Shown one piece after another: positions 38,876 to 53,232 of a DNA stretch of 64,000 nt. Below the pieces are notes generated by a model. It saw nothing but the letters and a program-made list of their open reading frames with translations, did not search any database and was not told where the DNA came from. The DNA comes from Octopus vulgaris (lineage: Eukaryota), in the NCBI GenBank assembly GCA_951406725.2, contig OX597815.1, positions 86,056,001 through 86,120,000 on the forward strand, given 5' to 3'. The position numbers and the translations under genes were made by a program. The number at the start of each line of letters is the position of its first letter. The first letter of the stretch is position 1.

Positions 38876-39649
38876 GTATGTATGCATGTATGTATATCAT
38901 ACAGTGAATAAAACCAAGGACAAGTTTCGTTCCGTTAATTAATAGGCTAAAAAATTAAAAACTGTATAGTAAACGCATAAACGAAAACAGACACAGAAGG
39001 GTATCGTCCAGTGTGTCTAACGCAATCTCGTGCCTTTAACGATAATATTGTTTCCCAGATGATGGCACCTACGAGAGCTGCAGAGAATATGGGACTGATA
39101 ACAGACAAATAAAATATGGATAACAAGCAATACAGAAGTGAAAATGCAAAAATTAATGTAATTCATGACGAGGCCACTGATGGAGAGACAAGGGACAAAA
39201 ACGATTAAAAAAAACACAGAATGAAGATGTCAGGCTGGATGAAAACGAAGTATGGGTAACACTTAGAGGGAAATACTAAAGGATTGAAAACAGCAGGTCA
39301 AGAGACAACGAGACAGGTTGATGAGGGAGACTAGAGACCTTACGACTGGTGTAAAAGCAGAGAGTGACAGAAAAATAAGGCTGGCCACGGGTTACGTTCA
39401 GGTATCGGTCAGGAGACATAGAGTGCAGAGGAGAAAGGGAGCGAAGGAGAGAGAGAGAGAAAGAGATTGAGAGGGAGAGGGAGACTTCTATTTCTAACCG
39501 TTCTTCGTTTTCCTTTCTATCTCTCTTCAACACTGTGTTCCAGCATGGTCATGGTTGAAACGAGTATAAGATAAAAGATAGAGATATCTATACATTGCTC
39601 TCGTGTGTGACCCCTCTGCCCAGCATTCGCCATGATAGACCGCTAGCCA

Positions 39650-39815
39650 CTAAACCTTTTTTTATTTTCTTTCCTAGTTTATTTCTGTGTTCCTTTCTGT
39701 CGAAGAGCGTAGGCTCGAAACGTAAAAGACTTTCTCGTTTCCTGAGCGTTAAACTTATACATCTGTTTGTTGTTTACACATCCGTCTTCGTCTTTTGTCT
39801 TTTCGTACATTCCCA
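39650..39815 (+). repeat. Short interspersed repeat with hammerhead-like motif, copy 2
   Basis: cctttctgtcgaagagcgtaggctcgaaacgtaaaagac...gagcgttaaact...gtcttcgtcttttg. Confidence 0.78.
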
Positions 39816-40759
39816 GTATATATATATATATATAAGAGAGTTTGAATGTATAATTATATATACGTAAGCAATAATAAATCTCTGAACGAGGTATAAACAG
39901 TAGCTGCACGACAAAAGTAGCATCCACCTTTAGTGGTAAGCCACATTTATGTGGCAAATATACTTCACATATATATACATACATTTGAGAATATGTATAT
40001 ATTAGTATACACAGACACACACACACACACACATATATATATAATATTTACATATGTGAATATGTTTGTGTTTCTGTATTTCATTGAATTCGTGTATGTA
40101 ATTGTATAAATGGGTATAAAATGTTGGTACATTATCCTATAAGTGTATATTTATATGCGTATGTATATATGTGCGCATACTTAATGGTCACATATATCAT
40201 AATTCTGGGCAGGTGTATCTTTCGCAATGTAGCATTTGCAAAATTAATTTATCATAGCCTAATTTTCTTTGTTTTGAAATTACACACAAGTGTATATATA
40301 TATACACTGGTTTATTCTTTTTTGCTTGGACACTGGGTTCTAACAATAGGTTTCCCTTATCTTGAAAAGTAAGTTTTAATCGAAAAAATTCCTAAACGAT
40401 GAACTTTTATCTTACCTTATATATTATATATTATTTATTTATATGTTTCCTATATATATATGTATTTTTATATATTTATATATCTATATATTTATATATT
40501 TCTTTATATTTTATGTATTTATTATTCTAGATATTGTAATGTTAAAAGATATATATATTTTTAGTCGCTAAATTATTAATCATTAACTTTTAACCGCGAT
40601 GGACTGTATTCACACATTTTTCTTATATTTTTCTTATATGCTTGTATTGGTGAGTTGTTTTTCATCTTCCATGATTTTATGCGTGTATATTCTATATGAA
40701 AGAAAAAGCATTATGTGATTACATGTTCGAGATATGAAATGTTACGTGAATGACCTTAG

Positions 40760-40812
<53 letters not shown>

Positions 40813-40860
40813 CACACACACACACACATACACACACACACACACACACATACACACACA

Positions 40861-40919
<59 letters not shown>

Positions 40920-42867
40920 GCACATCAATGTGCTTCATGCATACTACCCTGCCAAAATGATACATTTATCGTCTCCCATACATATTTACTGTCTCACACA
41001 CCTCATGTGCATAAAAGCACGTGAGTACAATCTTGCATTCAGTGTTTAGCCTCATGAGCATCATTGTTTCATTTGTTTGTCTCCCTTTCTATTTACACAT
41101 CCCTTCACTCCTTACACACATCTACTCATCTCACTCTCTTTTGTATATAAAAATGCAGTTTCTTCTCCTTGGCTTCCTCGTTTCATTGTTTCTTTGTTTC
41201 TTTCTGTTTTTTCTTTTCTTTCTCGTACACACAGAGAGGGAATTCATTTGGTTGGCGTTTGATTACGTGTTTTAAAGAAATTCTGATCACGACTAGCCTG
41301 TCTTTGTGCAGAAATGCTGTAACTAGGACTGCCAACTCTAATGCGGACTTCCTTATTATAAATCAGTGGGATGCGATTTGATGTTGGTTTGCCCACTACT
41401 TGTAACATATCATGTGTCTCTTTCAGATGTTACCTCATTGGTTCTTGACTAATTTGATATTTTGTGCGGAAATCAGTTTTGCAAGTAGAAATACAGTCAA
41501 ATGTTTGATGCGTAACAGAAATTTATACACTCACAAATTTTATGAATATATTTGTATATTCCCATGTGACAAGGAACTCACTATATGATCAATATAACTG
41601 CGAGGACGAAACAGCGCACAAGTGTACCATACTTCAACTCTACCGTTTTATATATCTGCTTTGACGCGATTTTTAGCTGGAAATGTATTTGTCTATATAT
41701 GTATGATTCCCAAAGCTGACTTGGAGCTAAACAACAACGTATTCTACAAAAGTGAAGAACAATAACTAACTTTCTTAAAGATGTCTGTTACTGGGTAAGT
41801 ATTGCATCTCCACACACTATAGTTTTCTTTAAGGCGATACTGGACTCTTATCGTTGTATACTTAGTACGAGAGGTGATGGATACTCACCTTGGTGAGAAT
41901 CTACTAGCGTTATTCAAATGATGCCAAATATACTTCTCATCGATAACAGAAAGTGAATGGCAGATAATAGAGAGTAATAAATAGGAATTCGCATTTCATT
42001 TCTTACTCTTCCAGTCATGTACCTACGTTGTTATTGTCATTGATGGTGGTAGTGGTGCTGAGATATTTGTTAATGCACTTGTTGCTGTTTCTGCTATTGT
42101 TTACTCCATCAGCGCTGATTGAATCACCTCAGTCATAACTAACGTTTTTTGCTTATATGTATTTTATGGACTAAAGTGTATAACGTGTTTAAGGCGTAGT
42201 GTGATTTGCTCAATCACATGTGACTCCCTCGTTTACTTGCTCTTGGTGTACTTAAATAAGTACACAACATGACACACTGTACTCCAGTTGCGCAATTAAC
42301 GCCACCTGTATTACAGAGACAAAAGGAAGCCTCTACATCAGCAAAAACAACAGCAGAAACTAAAACGTCGGCAACAAAGACAATCGAAAACATCACCACC
42401 ATCAGCAACAACAGCAAACACAGTAGCGGCAGCCAGCATACACGTTCGCATTTCTACGCACAATGTCGCCTCGACCTTATCAGAGAGAATCACACTCATA
42501 AGCATATATCAAATAATTCAAAAATGGCCGTGATTTAGTAATGATGATGAGGAGGTAGAAAGGGAAGAAAGGAAGAAGGAGAAGGAGGGATAGAGTATAA
42601 ACTTCAATGTTTCTTTCAATGCTTTATGACACGCCTGCGGTAAAGTAACGCGAGAAAAACACCAGATAAATGGAATATTGAGGACTTTATTACAACAATT
42701 CGATGTGTGAAGAGAAAATTAATGAATGAATCTTCGATGTTGATACATTAACAAAATGAAAGAAGTTCTCGTTATAGGTCTTTAGGGACTACACGAAACT
42801 CTGTTCATATATCAGTTAAATGAGAACTTTCATAATTTGTACAACACAGGGCTATAAATGTCAACTT

Positions 42868-42906
<39 letters not shown>

Positions 42907-42950
42907 CGCGAGTGTACATATATGTATGCTTCTGTTTACATATATACAGA

Positions 42951-43026
<76 letters not shown>

Positions 43027-43687
43027 CGTTGTATAGTAGCGATGATTTCACGTCTTACGATCTAGAACTGAAAACAGTGGTCTTATATATATAGTGGCTA
43101 CTATACAACGGATTTGTTTATCGATGCACCGCCGCTGTGCTCGTGAGTGCAAATTTGATAAAGCATTTATGCCTTTGTAACTGAGCAGTTTGTGAAAAAC
43201 AATCAATAGACAACGGGCCAGACTAAAAAATTAATTACTTGCGTCCCTTTTTCCTTTTTTACTAAGACCTTCAAGACAGTTCCGAGTATAGAAAGAATCG
43301 AATGAATAGTAGAAGTAAAATAATGAAGATATATATATTTGATATATTTGAGTAAATTATTGACGTCAGCAGATGTACGCACGTTTCGCTGAAATGAGAG
43401 TAAACGAATATTTTATACATAATAGCATACACCTATACATACATGCAGGGAAAACATCCAAATATGTTAACTGGTGCAAACTCTGTGGAGTTCACACCGA
43501 ACATATTACCCACATCATAAGCAGATGTCCAATAGTACCATAGTGTTATTATCCACCGATGAGATATGATGTTATAGACAAGATATGAATTAAATATTTT
43601 ATCCACTTATAGACTTACTTTTGAATTCTTTATTTTAAGCTGCCGGGCACAGCTAATTTGCAGTAGTGAACATGGAATAACTGTCTG

Positions 43688-43724
<37 letters not shown>

Positions 43725-43725
43725 A

Positions 43726-43780
<55 letters not shown>

Positions 43781-44501
43781 ATGTGTGTGTATGTATGTAT
43801 GTATGTATGTATGTATGTATGTATATAATAATAGAGACATCAGTCTCATGTTAATTTCTTAGTTTAGCTTCAGGTATTTCAACAAAGATATTGGGAGATC
43901 TCACCTTTTACACCTGTCTCATCTAGCTTTTCTCCAAACTTTCCAATTGTAGCCAATTTTCGATATTTTCAAATTTGATATTTTATTTTAGGCAAGTTGT
44001 TCATCAAATCATTGCATATTATACGGCAGTAGAGTCAGAGGTAAAGTCAACCAATGCCTGTATTGCATTGTTCAGCTTTGAACATTTTATTTTTATCAAT
44101 TACGCGTTTTTTTAAAAATCAGACAGATGTTATCTACGATCTTGTTAAGAATATAAGTGCATGCTTAAAGATCTGACATCTGCTAATAAAAGTCATATTC
44201 AGAGAATTGCTATTTTGAAAATAGAAGCCATAATTGTGTTTTTGAAATACTAAAAGCTAAGTATAGGTTAAGCATGCTGACATCTAAATTGGAGATGACA
44301 ACATGTTCGTTGTGTTAAGTAACAAATTTTGAAATTAAGAATGTTTGAAACATTTGCAAGCATTAAATGCGATGGTAGTGTAATTAACTTTAGCTGTTCC
44401 CAAAATGAATTACACTCATATTTTTAAATATCATCACCCTCATTTTTTTCTCTTTCTATATTTCCTCTTGATTATCTTTCTTTGCTCTCTTTCACGCTTT
44501 C

Positions 44502-44546
<45 letters not shown>

Positions 44547-45422
44547 GGAAGTGTTTGTATACTTACATATAACATATATACATAGATGCACACACACACA
44601 TACATACACACACATACACGCACACATATATATATGTTCACGGCTGTAATGGAGTTGCTGATATATTGATATTGAAGATGATGGCTATCGTCTGGTTGAT
44701 TGTTTTATCCTGGAAGATAAATTGAAGGACTTGTATGTAACGAGAAGAAATCAATATTTAATTAATTAGATTTCTACTATATTCTTTTCATATTCAGAAG
44801 TAAACCTGAAATTCATATTTTAAAAAAATAGCCCCAGATTGTTTGACACATGTTTTGCATAAAGGTAATATTCTTCAATCCCAAACTGGAACTAAACAAT
44901 TGAAAAACAAGGTTCATCGATTTCTTTACTTATATCTAACAACCTAGCATAAGAGTTTTGCTTTTCTGGGGTGCATTTGGAGAAGAGCATGTACATGTGA
45001 AATTCATATATCTATCTTAATTTCTAACAGAGAACATTTTCATATCGATTCTTTTTCAGATAATTTCTTCAAATTAATTGCTTAAACACCATATTACACA
45101 GGAAAGTTGAAACATAACTGGAAGCTTCATTAAAGTAGTGGTCACGTGCTTAATTCCTTAAAATATCAACGTTAATTAAATGGTGTTTTAATTGAATCGT
45201 ACGATAATTTAGAGTGTGGGTTGAAAAGTAAAAGCAAAATATCGAAAGTCTCAGTCTCTCTCACTATTTATGCATGTATGTATGTATGTATGTATGTATG
45301 TATGTATGTATGTATGTATGTATGTATGTATGTATGTATGTATGTATATATCTATGTATGTATGTTAGTATGTATGTATCTATCTATTTATCTCTCTATC
45401 TCTCTATCTCTCTATATATACA

Positions 45423-45489
<67 letters not shown>

Positions 45490-46009
45490 GCGTGTGTGTG
45501 TGTGTGTATGTATGTATAGTTTACATGTATATGTGAGCATGTAAAATTTTATTTACATGTATTTCTAAAAGTATGAGTTTACTAAGTATATACAATCTCA
45601 GAAATATGCTAATTAGACTTGGTGCAATTCCTCAGTGAATTTGTGTTTCATTAACAGATTGTGTGCGATGCAATAACAGTGTAGCAAAAACTATCAGGAA
45701 ACTGGTTTGATCAACATATTAGTCTGTAATGTACAGACTCCATTTATTTATGTATGTATGTATGTATGTATGTATGTATGTATGTATGTATGTATGTATG
45801 TATGTATGTATGTATACACAAATTCGACTGTACTGGGAAAGCAAGAATAAACATGCTTCTGTTGGTATTTTATCATGTTATATATTTGTTAGTATATGAA
45901 AAGCCTAGAACTATATCACAACTCTAGATATATTTCCGCTTGGCAAGTACTGAGCAACTGAAAGCAATGAAGTTGCTTATCCTTTTAAAACTTATACATA
46001 TTTCGAATG

Positions 46010-47350
46010 CATGACGTGTCTTGGTGAAATGTTTTAACCAGAAGTTAGAGAATTTATCACTTCGTGGTGAATTCCATAATCTAGAGTCTTTACGTCTCTG
46101 GGTTGTCTTGAGAATTCATACGCTTTCTCAGTTTTCCGTTACTGAGCTTGTCCCTGGTGATTCCTTTGGTGTAATGCTCTCTTTAGAATTCTTCTACTTC
46201 TGCTATTTGTGCTGCCTTCATTTTACGTTCATTTATTCTTAACTAATTATTAATAAACTTGTTTCATGTAGGAGTCAAAATGTTTGCTTTGTTCAAGAAA
46301 TCGTTGTCACATTTTCCTAATCGCATGTCCTTTGCAAAGATCTCTTAGTTAAGGCTTTCTTTGTATCCGGATACTGTATTTCTTGTTGGTTTCTACTTCA
46401 GAGATATTTGCTTCTGCTACTCATTTTAAATGACACGTTTTTCTTCTTGAGGCTATTGAGGTTTGAGAAATACTCCTCCTCTTTTGTGTACATCTGCATA
46501 TTTGGTTATCACATTGTTTTCATGGGCTTTGATATCCCAAAATGAAAAGGTGTGATGTAGTGTTCATCTTTCTGTTTAGGTAGTGTGACATCTGCATACA
46601 TATATTCTGTCAATTAACGTGGTGATTATGATGTCCTTGTTTGATTTTGTCATAAATCTGTAATGGCCAGATTTGCATTTTTTTTTGTTACTATTTCATT
46701 ATTAGATTCAATCTTCAAGAGGTACTTTCGATCGCCAATAAAAACTTTCTAAAGATATTATTTTTTCATAATGATTTTTATTTTTAGATTAGTATTATTT
46801 TATTAATTTCCATATTTAAAATTTTCTATTGTTAAGTATTTTTCAATATCTCCTAATCATGTTCTTTTTCTGTTGTTATGGTTCGCCTGATGATGAACAA
46901 TATTCTGTAGATGCTTCAGGGCTCAGTTATATTACATTTTGTTACATTGTCAGTTTTCTATATGCTTATTATTTTTTCGTGGCTTAATGACTTTATTCTC
47001 GTTGTTTGGTTTGGGTTCATTGTTCGTGTTTCCGTTACGTTTTCTTCGTTTCTTTTAAGCTTTCCTCTCTTATATGTGATAAATTTCTATTCTCTGTGAA
47101 AGAGTCTTCTTAGATGAGCTAGTCTTTTTATATTCAAAGTTACCTTTAAGTCCTCTCGAAATTTTACACGAGAATGTAGTAGTTTCCTGTTTATAATTTA
47201 AGTTTATGCTTACAATAATTCATAATGTAGGAACGAACTCATCCCATGCTCATTTATAGCCTTTTGGTTTTACTACCGACAGTTGAGAGCTAGTCTCCGA
47301 GCGTTTGTTAATATTTTCCTAAATTCCGTCGAATACTAGCATATTTCTAG
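46010..47350 (-). mobile_element. Old R4/Dong N-terminal/RT-domain-0 remnant
   Basis: Minus strand RLWNSPRSDKFSNFWLKHFTKT resembles the WKSPGxDxIxNFWLK motif; A-rich sense strand; limits approximate. Confidence 0.55.
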
Positions 47351-48362
47351 TGAAAGAGTTTTGACTCTCTATTTTCTGTATTTCTAGACATCAGATTCAA
47401 AGAATACTGTTTTCTAACTTCAGTTTCAATGACTGAAGTTGAATTGATTGGCATATTTTCTTTTCTTTCCTTTTTTTTTCGGTGGGGCTGAATCAGGAAG
47501 GAGACAGATATATATGCTTCTTTCTCGCTTGTCTTGGCAAGCTGATAGAATTTTTGTACATTCCAACGTTAGTGTTAACACTTGGAGAAGAATGTGAAAT
47601 AGGCGGTGAGCCTAATAGAAGTGGTTTCGACGCTAAGAATGCAATGTCTTTTCCCATCGGCTTTCTAAAGGAAATGGAAAATTATTCTCTCGTAAAAGAA
47701 GATATAGATTTTTCGAAAACATTCTGAAAAAAAATGTTATAAACACATAAATTACCAACATGTGTGATAATATTATGCCGTAAAGCATAGTGGTGGTTCG
47801 CGGCAGCAAAACCTTCAACAACAATAGTGATAAAAGCAAAAAAAAAAAAAAAACTACAGCGGTAGTAAAAGCAGTTCTAGCAGCACGAACAATAGGAGCA
47901 GCAATCATAAAATAGCCAAAATATGTAATGAAACCAAATAGCAGCAGAATAAATAAAAGCTGAATGAACAGCAATGTCATCACTCACAGAAGCAATAATT
48001 AAAATACCAATAACATGAATAAGAATAGTGACAAGATCATCATCTACACTAGTTTTGTTAAGTGTTAAAAAGCTAAAAGACAGCAAACACAATAACAGTA
48101 TCACCAAGAAAAATGGATCTTTTTCCAGAGCCAACATCCCCTGAACTCTATATTACTTTATCTAACGGTAGTAAGATTAATTATACAAAATTCTAAAGCT
48201 AAGACTCCTTGAATAATGGTAGTTTCAGAAGACTATGTAAATTCTTTGGTCTGAGATGGATTACAATATGGCAGGTTGCAGTTTAACATAAATTGCAGTA
48301 CTATTTATATACTTCTTTTCCTTATGTTATGAGGCGATGTAACAAAAAAGATTACGTAATGA

Positions 48363-48512
48363 GGCACATGTGTAGCTGTGTGGTTAGAAAATCGCTTCGC
48401 AACTACGAGGTTTCAGGATCAGTCTCACCACGTGGCACTTGGCTAAGTTTCTTCAACTAAAGACCCTAGTCAACAAATGCCTTTTGAGTGAGTTTGGTTG
48501 ACGGAAATGTGC
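48363..48512 (+). mobile_element. tRNA-derived SINE (family A), 5' head
   Basis: gtagctgtgtggttagaa...ggatcagtctcaccacgtggcacttgg...gacggaaa. Confidence 0.78.
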
Positions 48513-48548
48513 GATGTCTCTCCCCCACTCTCTCTCTCTCTTTCTCTC

Positions 48549-48613
<65 letters not shown>

Positions 48614-48628
48614 TATACTCGCATATCA

Positions 48629-48808
48629 CAGGATAATTCACCGTCATCAATTCACTGTGAAGAAAGTTGACCGTGAACTTAAGATTTCGAAAATAAGTTT
48701 TTTTAAAAATTCTTTTACTGTGAACTTATCTCTCCGTAAACTTTCCCTGCGGTGAGTTGATAACAGTGAACTTTCCGTGAGGTAAATTGATGACGGTGAA
48801 CTTACTGG
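48629..48808. mobile_element. Small MITE with internally repeated (c)ggtgaact motif
   Basis: TIR core ttcaccgtcatcaatt (48637-48652) / aattgatgacggtgaa (48785-48800). Confidence 0.72.
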
Positions 48809-50001
48809 ACTTGGTATAGATGCAGTGCAATGGCTGAAAGAAAAAAACAAAAACTTTTTCACCGAGAATCTGATAACTTTAAATCTGGGACTGTATTTCT
48901 TTACCTACATCAAAGTGCATCAAATTGCCTACAATAAAAGATGTTTTAGGGAAGGGTTCCCTGACTGTTATGCATTAATCTACTGCAGAGTGAAGAAATA
49001 TATTCAGTTTGGCAGACAGACAGACAGACAAACAGACAGTTTGACGTCTATAGTGTAATCAATATAACTTTGTTTTGAATACAAACCACATAGATCTCGC
49101 GGTTCAGATGCGGCCTTCACCATAGGCCCCATCGATTTTACTAGACGTAGCAGTTGAGATAGATATAGACCAGGCGAATCTTTTTTAGATTCCAAATAGA
49201 TAAAAGAATTAAAATACGGCGAACACAAGCGCTAAACAGTTGTTGTCATTGTAAATAATCGTTACACGCTACATTGGAATATCATTTTCGACACTGAACG
49301 TGTAAAAAATGCAAAATCAGTTAATGATTAAATAAATTATAAAGAAATTATTTTCCAATTTGGGCATTCATAGAAGTTGTACTTAACTTCGCTGAACGGG
49401 GTCCTCGGCTAGAAAGGAAGACCAACACACACACCCACCCACGCGCGCGCGGACACACACACGCACGCACGCACATACACACACACACACACGCATTGAA
49501 AATGTATCATGGTTTTACAGCAACAAATAGGACACGTATAGATATACTTCCATTATGCACACACATGCATAAACTCAATCTCACATACAAATGGTATTCG
49601 TTCATTTTGTAGTTTAAAAACATAAAACCGGTCAATAGAACCTTTTTCTTTTACGTGCATAATTGTCTCATGTGTAATTATTAACGTCTAAGGTAAACAT
49701 ATTCATACTTATCAACTCTGAAAAGAGTTGATAAATATTGTAACAGTTACGTACTGTGGTTGATACTTCTGTTTTAACTCTCTCTTTCTGTTTTTTTTTA
49801 ATGTTTTCTGTAAGAATCGTGTCTAGTAATGCCTGGAGAGAGATGAGGTCTGGTGTGTCTAGAAATTCCCAAAGCAAGCCCTGTATCTCGTGAAAGTGAT
49901 TGAGCGGCGGTGCGTTTGGGACATTTTTAGGCATGTCAAAGCCCATTTGTCTGGCACTCTGCCTGTCAATCTATCACTCTATCTCTCTATCTAGGCACAT
50001 G

Positions 50002-50071
<70 letters not shown>

Positions 50072-50949
50072 AAAATGGGATAAGAACGCAACACATCCAG
50101 ACGGACGATACAAAGAAAACAAGGACGGGTCATTCGGAGTTTTCTTTCCTCGAGTTCCAGATTAGCTTTGCAATTTCGGTTGGTTATACTCGAGATTGCT
50201 CCAGTCTGGCCAAACCCACGGAAAAACTGAGCTAGGATCCCTAGATTCCTTGCACGAAAGCAGCGAATGTATACGAAAACAAGGACGGAAAAACGGAGAA
50301 AAAGAGGACAGGACACACACACATATATATATGTATGTATGTATACACTTTATTTAAAAGCAGCAGAAATATAACAAAAGCTGTTACTCAGAGTTTTTGT
50401 TATATTACTGCTACTTTTAAATAAAGCATATTACTCTACGTCTGGTATTTGAGTACTCTTTTTTCCACCTTGTTTCACAGTTATGTGCTTACTCCGATAT
50501 ATATGTATATTTACATACACATGTATATACATGCATATACACACACATATATTTGTGTGTATGTGTTTTAATGCATAAAAACAGCCAACATTTACTGGAG
50601 AACACATCAATATACTCTAGTAGAGTATCAAATATATGTTTACAAAGAAAATGTGGAGCATCATTCCGGAGTTTCACTAATAGTATCTTTCGCTATATTA
50701 ACATGAGTTTAGTAGCAAATATATACGTAGAATATACTTCCTTCAAAGAACATTTATAAACGTCGACTACATTTCTTGCCAACAACGTGACGTCTCTTTT
50801 CAAAACAATACGAAAGTGAAAGACTATTCCCTTTATCGATGCCAAATTTGCCACTTTTACCCGCCTTTCATTACGTTTAGATATCGATTGGACTTTATTA
50901 TTGACTACTGAGTGAAACGTAACAAAATTATTAAAAGTATCATATGACA

Positions 50950-51530
50950 TGTACGGGTCTATCCTTAACTGCATCAGTCACTTCTATAATAGATCCAGAA
51001 ACGTTTTGAAATATTTGGACAACGGGATGTGGTATGCAATCTTCCCAATTCATCTCTGCTCTTAACTGAAATCACAACCCTAAGTCAGACGGTCACCACC
51101 TGAACAAATATATAAAATGTAATAGTCTCCCGAAATGACTCCCGAAATGCAGAGACTCCCGAAATGCAGAGTGTTGACCGCATACACATCGGTCAGGTAT
51201 CCCAGGTTGACTCTGCCGGATGCTTTTCACGTATATCCACTCTGTATATATATATTCACTGTATCGTAATGTATGAAGCGAAGACGGTCATCGATAGATC
51301 TTCCAAGTATCCCGCAAATTACCCAATATTTCTTATGCCCTTCTTCGGAATCGTTGAACACTGCATATTTAATTTTAAATTCTGTACTATGAAGGATCTC
51401 AGAGGTAGTAATACTGTCTCTTCATGTGATGTGCAAGATTTTGCTTGCAAAGCTCATGCGAAAGGCATTTGACTTTGTCTCTGGTCTGGCAGATGTCATC
51501 CATGTCAAGCTATCGTATGTTTGTTAAATT
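50950..51530 (-). mobile_element. Possible highly decayed non-LTR RT fragment
   Basis: Minus strand LDMDDIC (YADD-like) followed by ILGRSIDDRLRF (YLGxxxDxxLxF-like). Confidence 0.4.
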
Positions 51531-51754
51531 TTCAGCTTGGTAGTCAGTGTAAAGATTTGTTCTCTCAGACTAAATATGTGAAAGCATATATGACATTTAA
51601 ATTAAATAAGTACATTTAAGAAGGTTTATTGTTAGTTCCAGATAACAATATAAAGGATTAATTCAAAGTGGTCTATTGCACGTAAAAATTCTAGCTTCAC
51701 CAAAATTAGAGTAATTGTTCTGTATGCGTGCGATATTTAAAAACATAATAAAAA

Positions 51755-51822
51755 CACCCCCACCACCACCACAACAACAACGGCAACAACAACAACAACT
51801 ACTACCACTACCTATGATAATG

Positions 51823-51915
<93 letters not shown>

Positions 51916-51918
51916 GCG

Positions 51919-51981
<63 letters not shown>
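51755..51981. repeat. (CCA)(CAA)(CTA) then long (AAT)n
   Basis: Directly visible. Confidence 0.95.
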
Positions 51982-51984
<3 letters not shown>

Positions 51985-53064
51985 CACAATCAAAGATAAT
52001 ATAAACAGCGGATGACACGAAATGACAAACCAGCGTAGAACGGAAATAGTGAGGAAATGTATGATAAGAAAGAGCCGTGTAATGGTATAGATAATAAAAT
52101 ACAATCAGTCATAATCAACTACTGCCAGGTGGTTGATAACAGGTTTATGGATATCGTTCTATGGGTTCCACTATCAAACTACCAACTGGTAATCAAGGAA
52201 AAGCCATAAAAGAATTATTGTGAAAATGGAAGCGGTAGACATTCATCACTTGTTGTCTTTCGGTTGCTAGCACAATTCATTCACAAAACAACAGCAATCG
52301 ATTTAGCCTCTCTACGGTTGTTTGACCTGCTTGATATAGCAGACAAACCTCTGTCTCTTCTTCTGACCCTCCCACTCTTTCTCCTTCTCTCTATTTATTT
52401 GTCTCTCTGTTTCCTACATCCCTCTCTCCGTCTCAAGCCACACCCTTCGATCTTAAACAAAAGAAGTCAAGACACATTGGATCTCGTAGCCTCAGATATA
52501 CTATGCCTAAAGCTAAAATATCTCGGTGATCATGAATTGAATGCAATTAATCATAGATCTACTCAATTAGAGCTATCGGGAGCTAAACAGTAGTACTTGT
52601 GTGACAGTATTAATGGCTATCACTCTTACTAAAACATGTTTCAAATCTGAAATATATATTTACTGCTACGAGTCAACTGCACTAATCATTACAATACTCT
52701 ATACTAATGAGGGAGTCACTTTGAAGACGCTTATCCAGTTAGAAGTAGCTGCTAAAATCACATTCAACTACCATGAAAAGGGAATAACGCACCAGAAAAT
52801 ATTGTTGTGGACGTATTATGTCTGAAGGAAAATATTATTGGTCACAGCTAAAACGTTTCTGATCCTAAGTTTGCTCAACCATATCTGATATGTGGGTAAA
52901 CAACAAAATTAAGCACAATTGGCTATAACAAGCTAACCTGGGAACTTGTATATGGTTGGTCAGCTCGTTAGATATAATAATCAGATCTCAAGAGATCATA
53001 CCCTACTACTTTGGAAGAGAACACATTGGGTAATACTGTCCAGGATACTGTATGTATGGATAAA

Positions 53065-53232
53065 TGATATTTCCACTAGAATGCCTTTGCATACAGGGCT
53101 ACTTATCGGAACCCAGTTTAAGCTAAACGGCAACTAATTTAGTATTTAATACTACATTAGTTGCAGTTTAGCTCCAACTGGGTTCCGATAAGCAGCCCTG
53201 TATGCAAAGGAATTCTAGCCGTGGAAATATCA
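53065..53232. repeat. 168-bp near-perfect hairpin/foldback (MITE-like)
   Basis: tgatatttccac..cctttgcatacagggctacttatcggaacccagtt..caactaat / attagttg..aactgggttccgataagcagccctgtatgcaaagg..gtggaaatatca; centre tagtatt-t-aatacta. Confidence 0.92.

Noticed and set aside
51126-51171. ctcccgaaatg x3 short direct repeats (CRISPR-like?)
   Set aside because: Local slippage duplication with no unique spacers; eukaryotic context and no cas genes.
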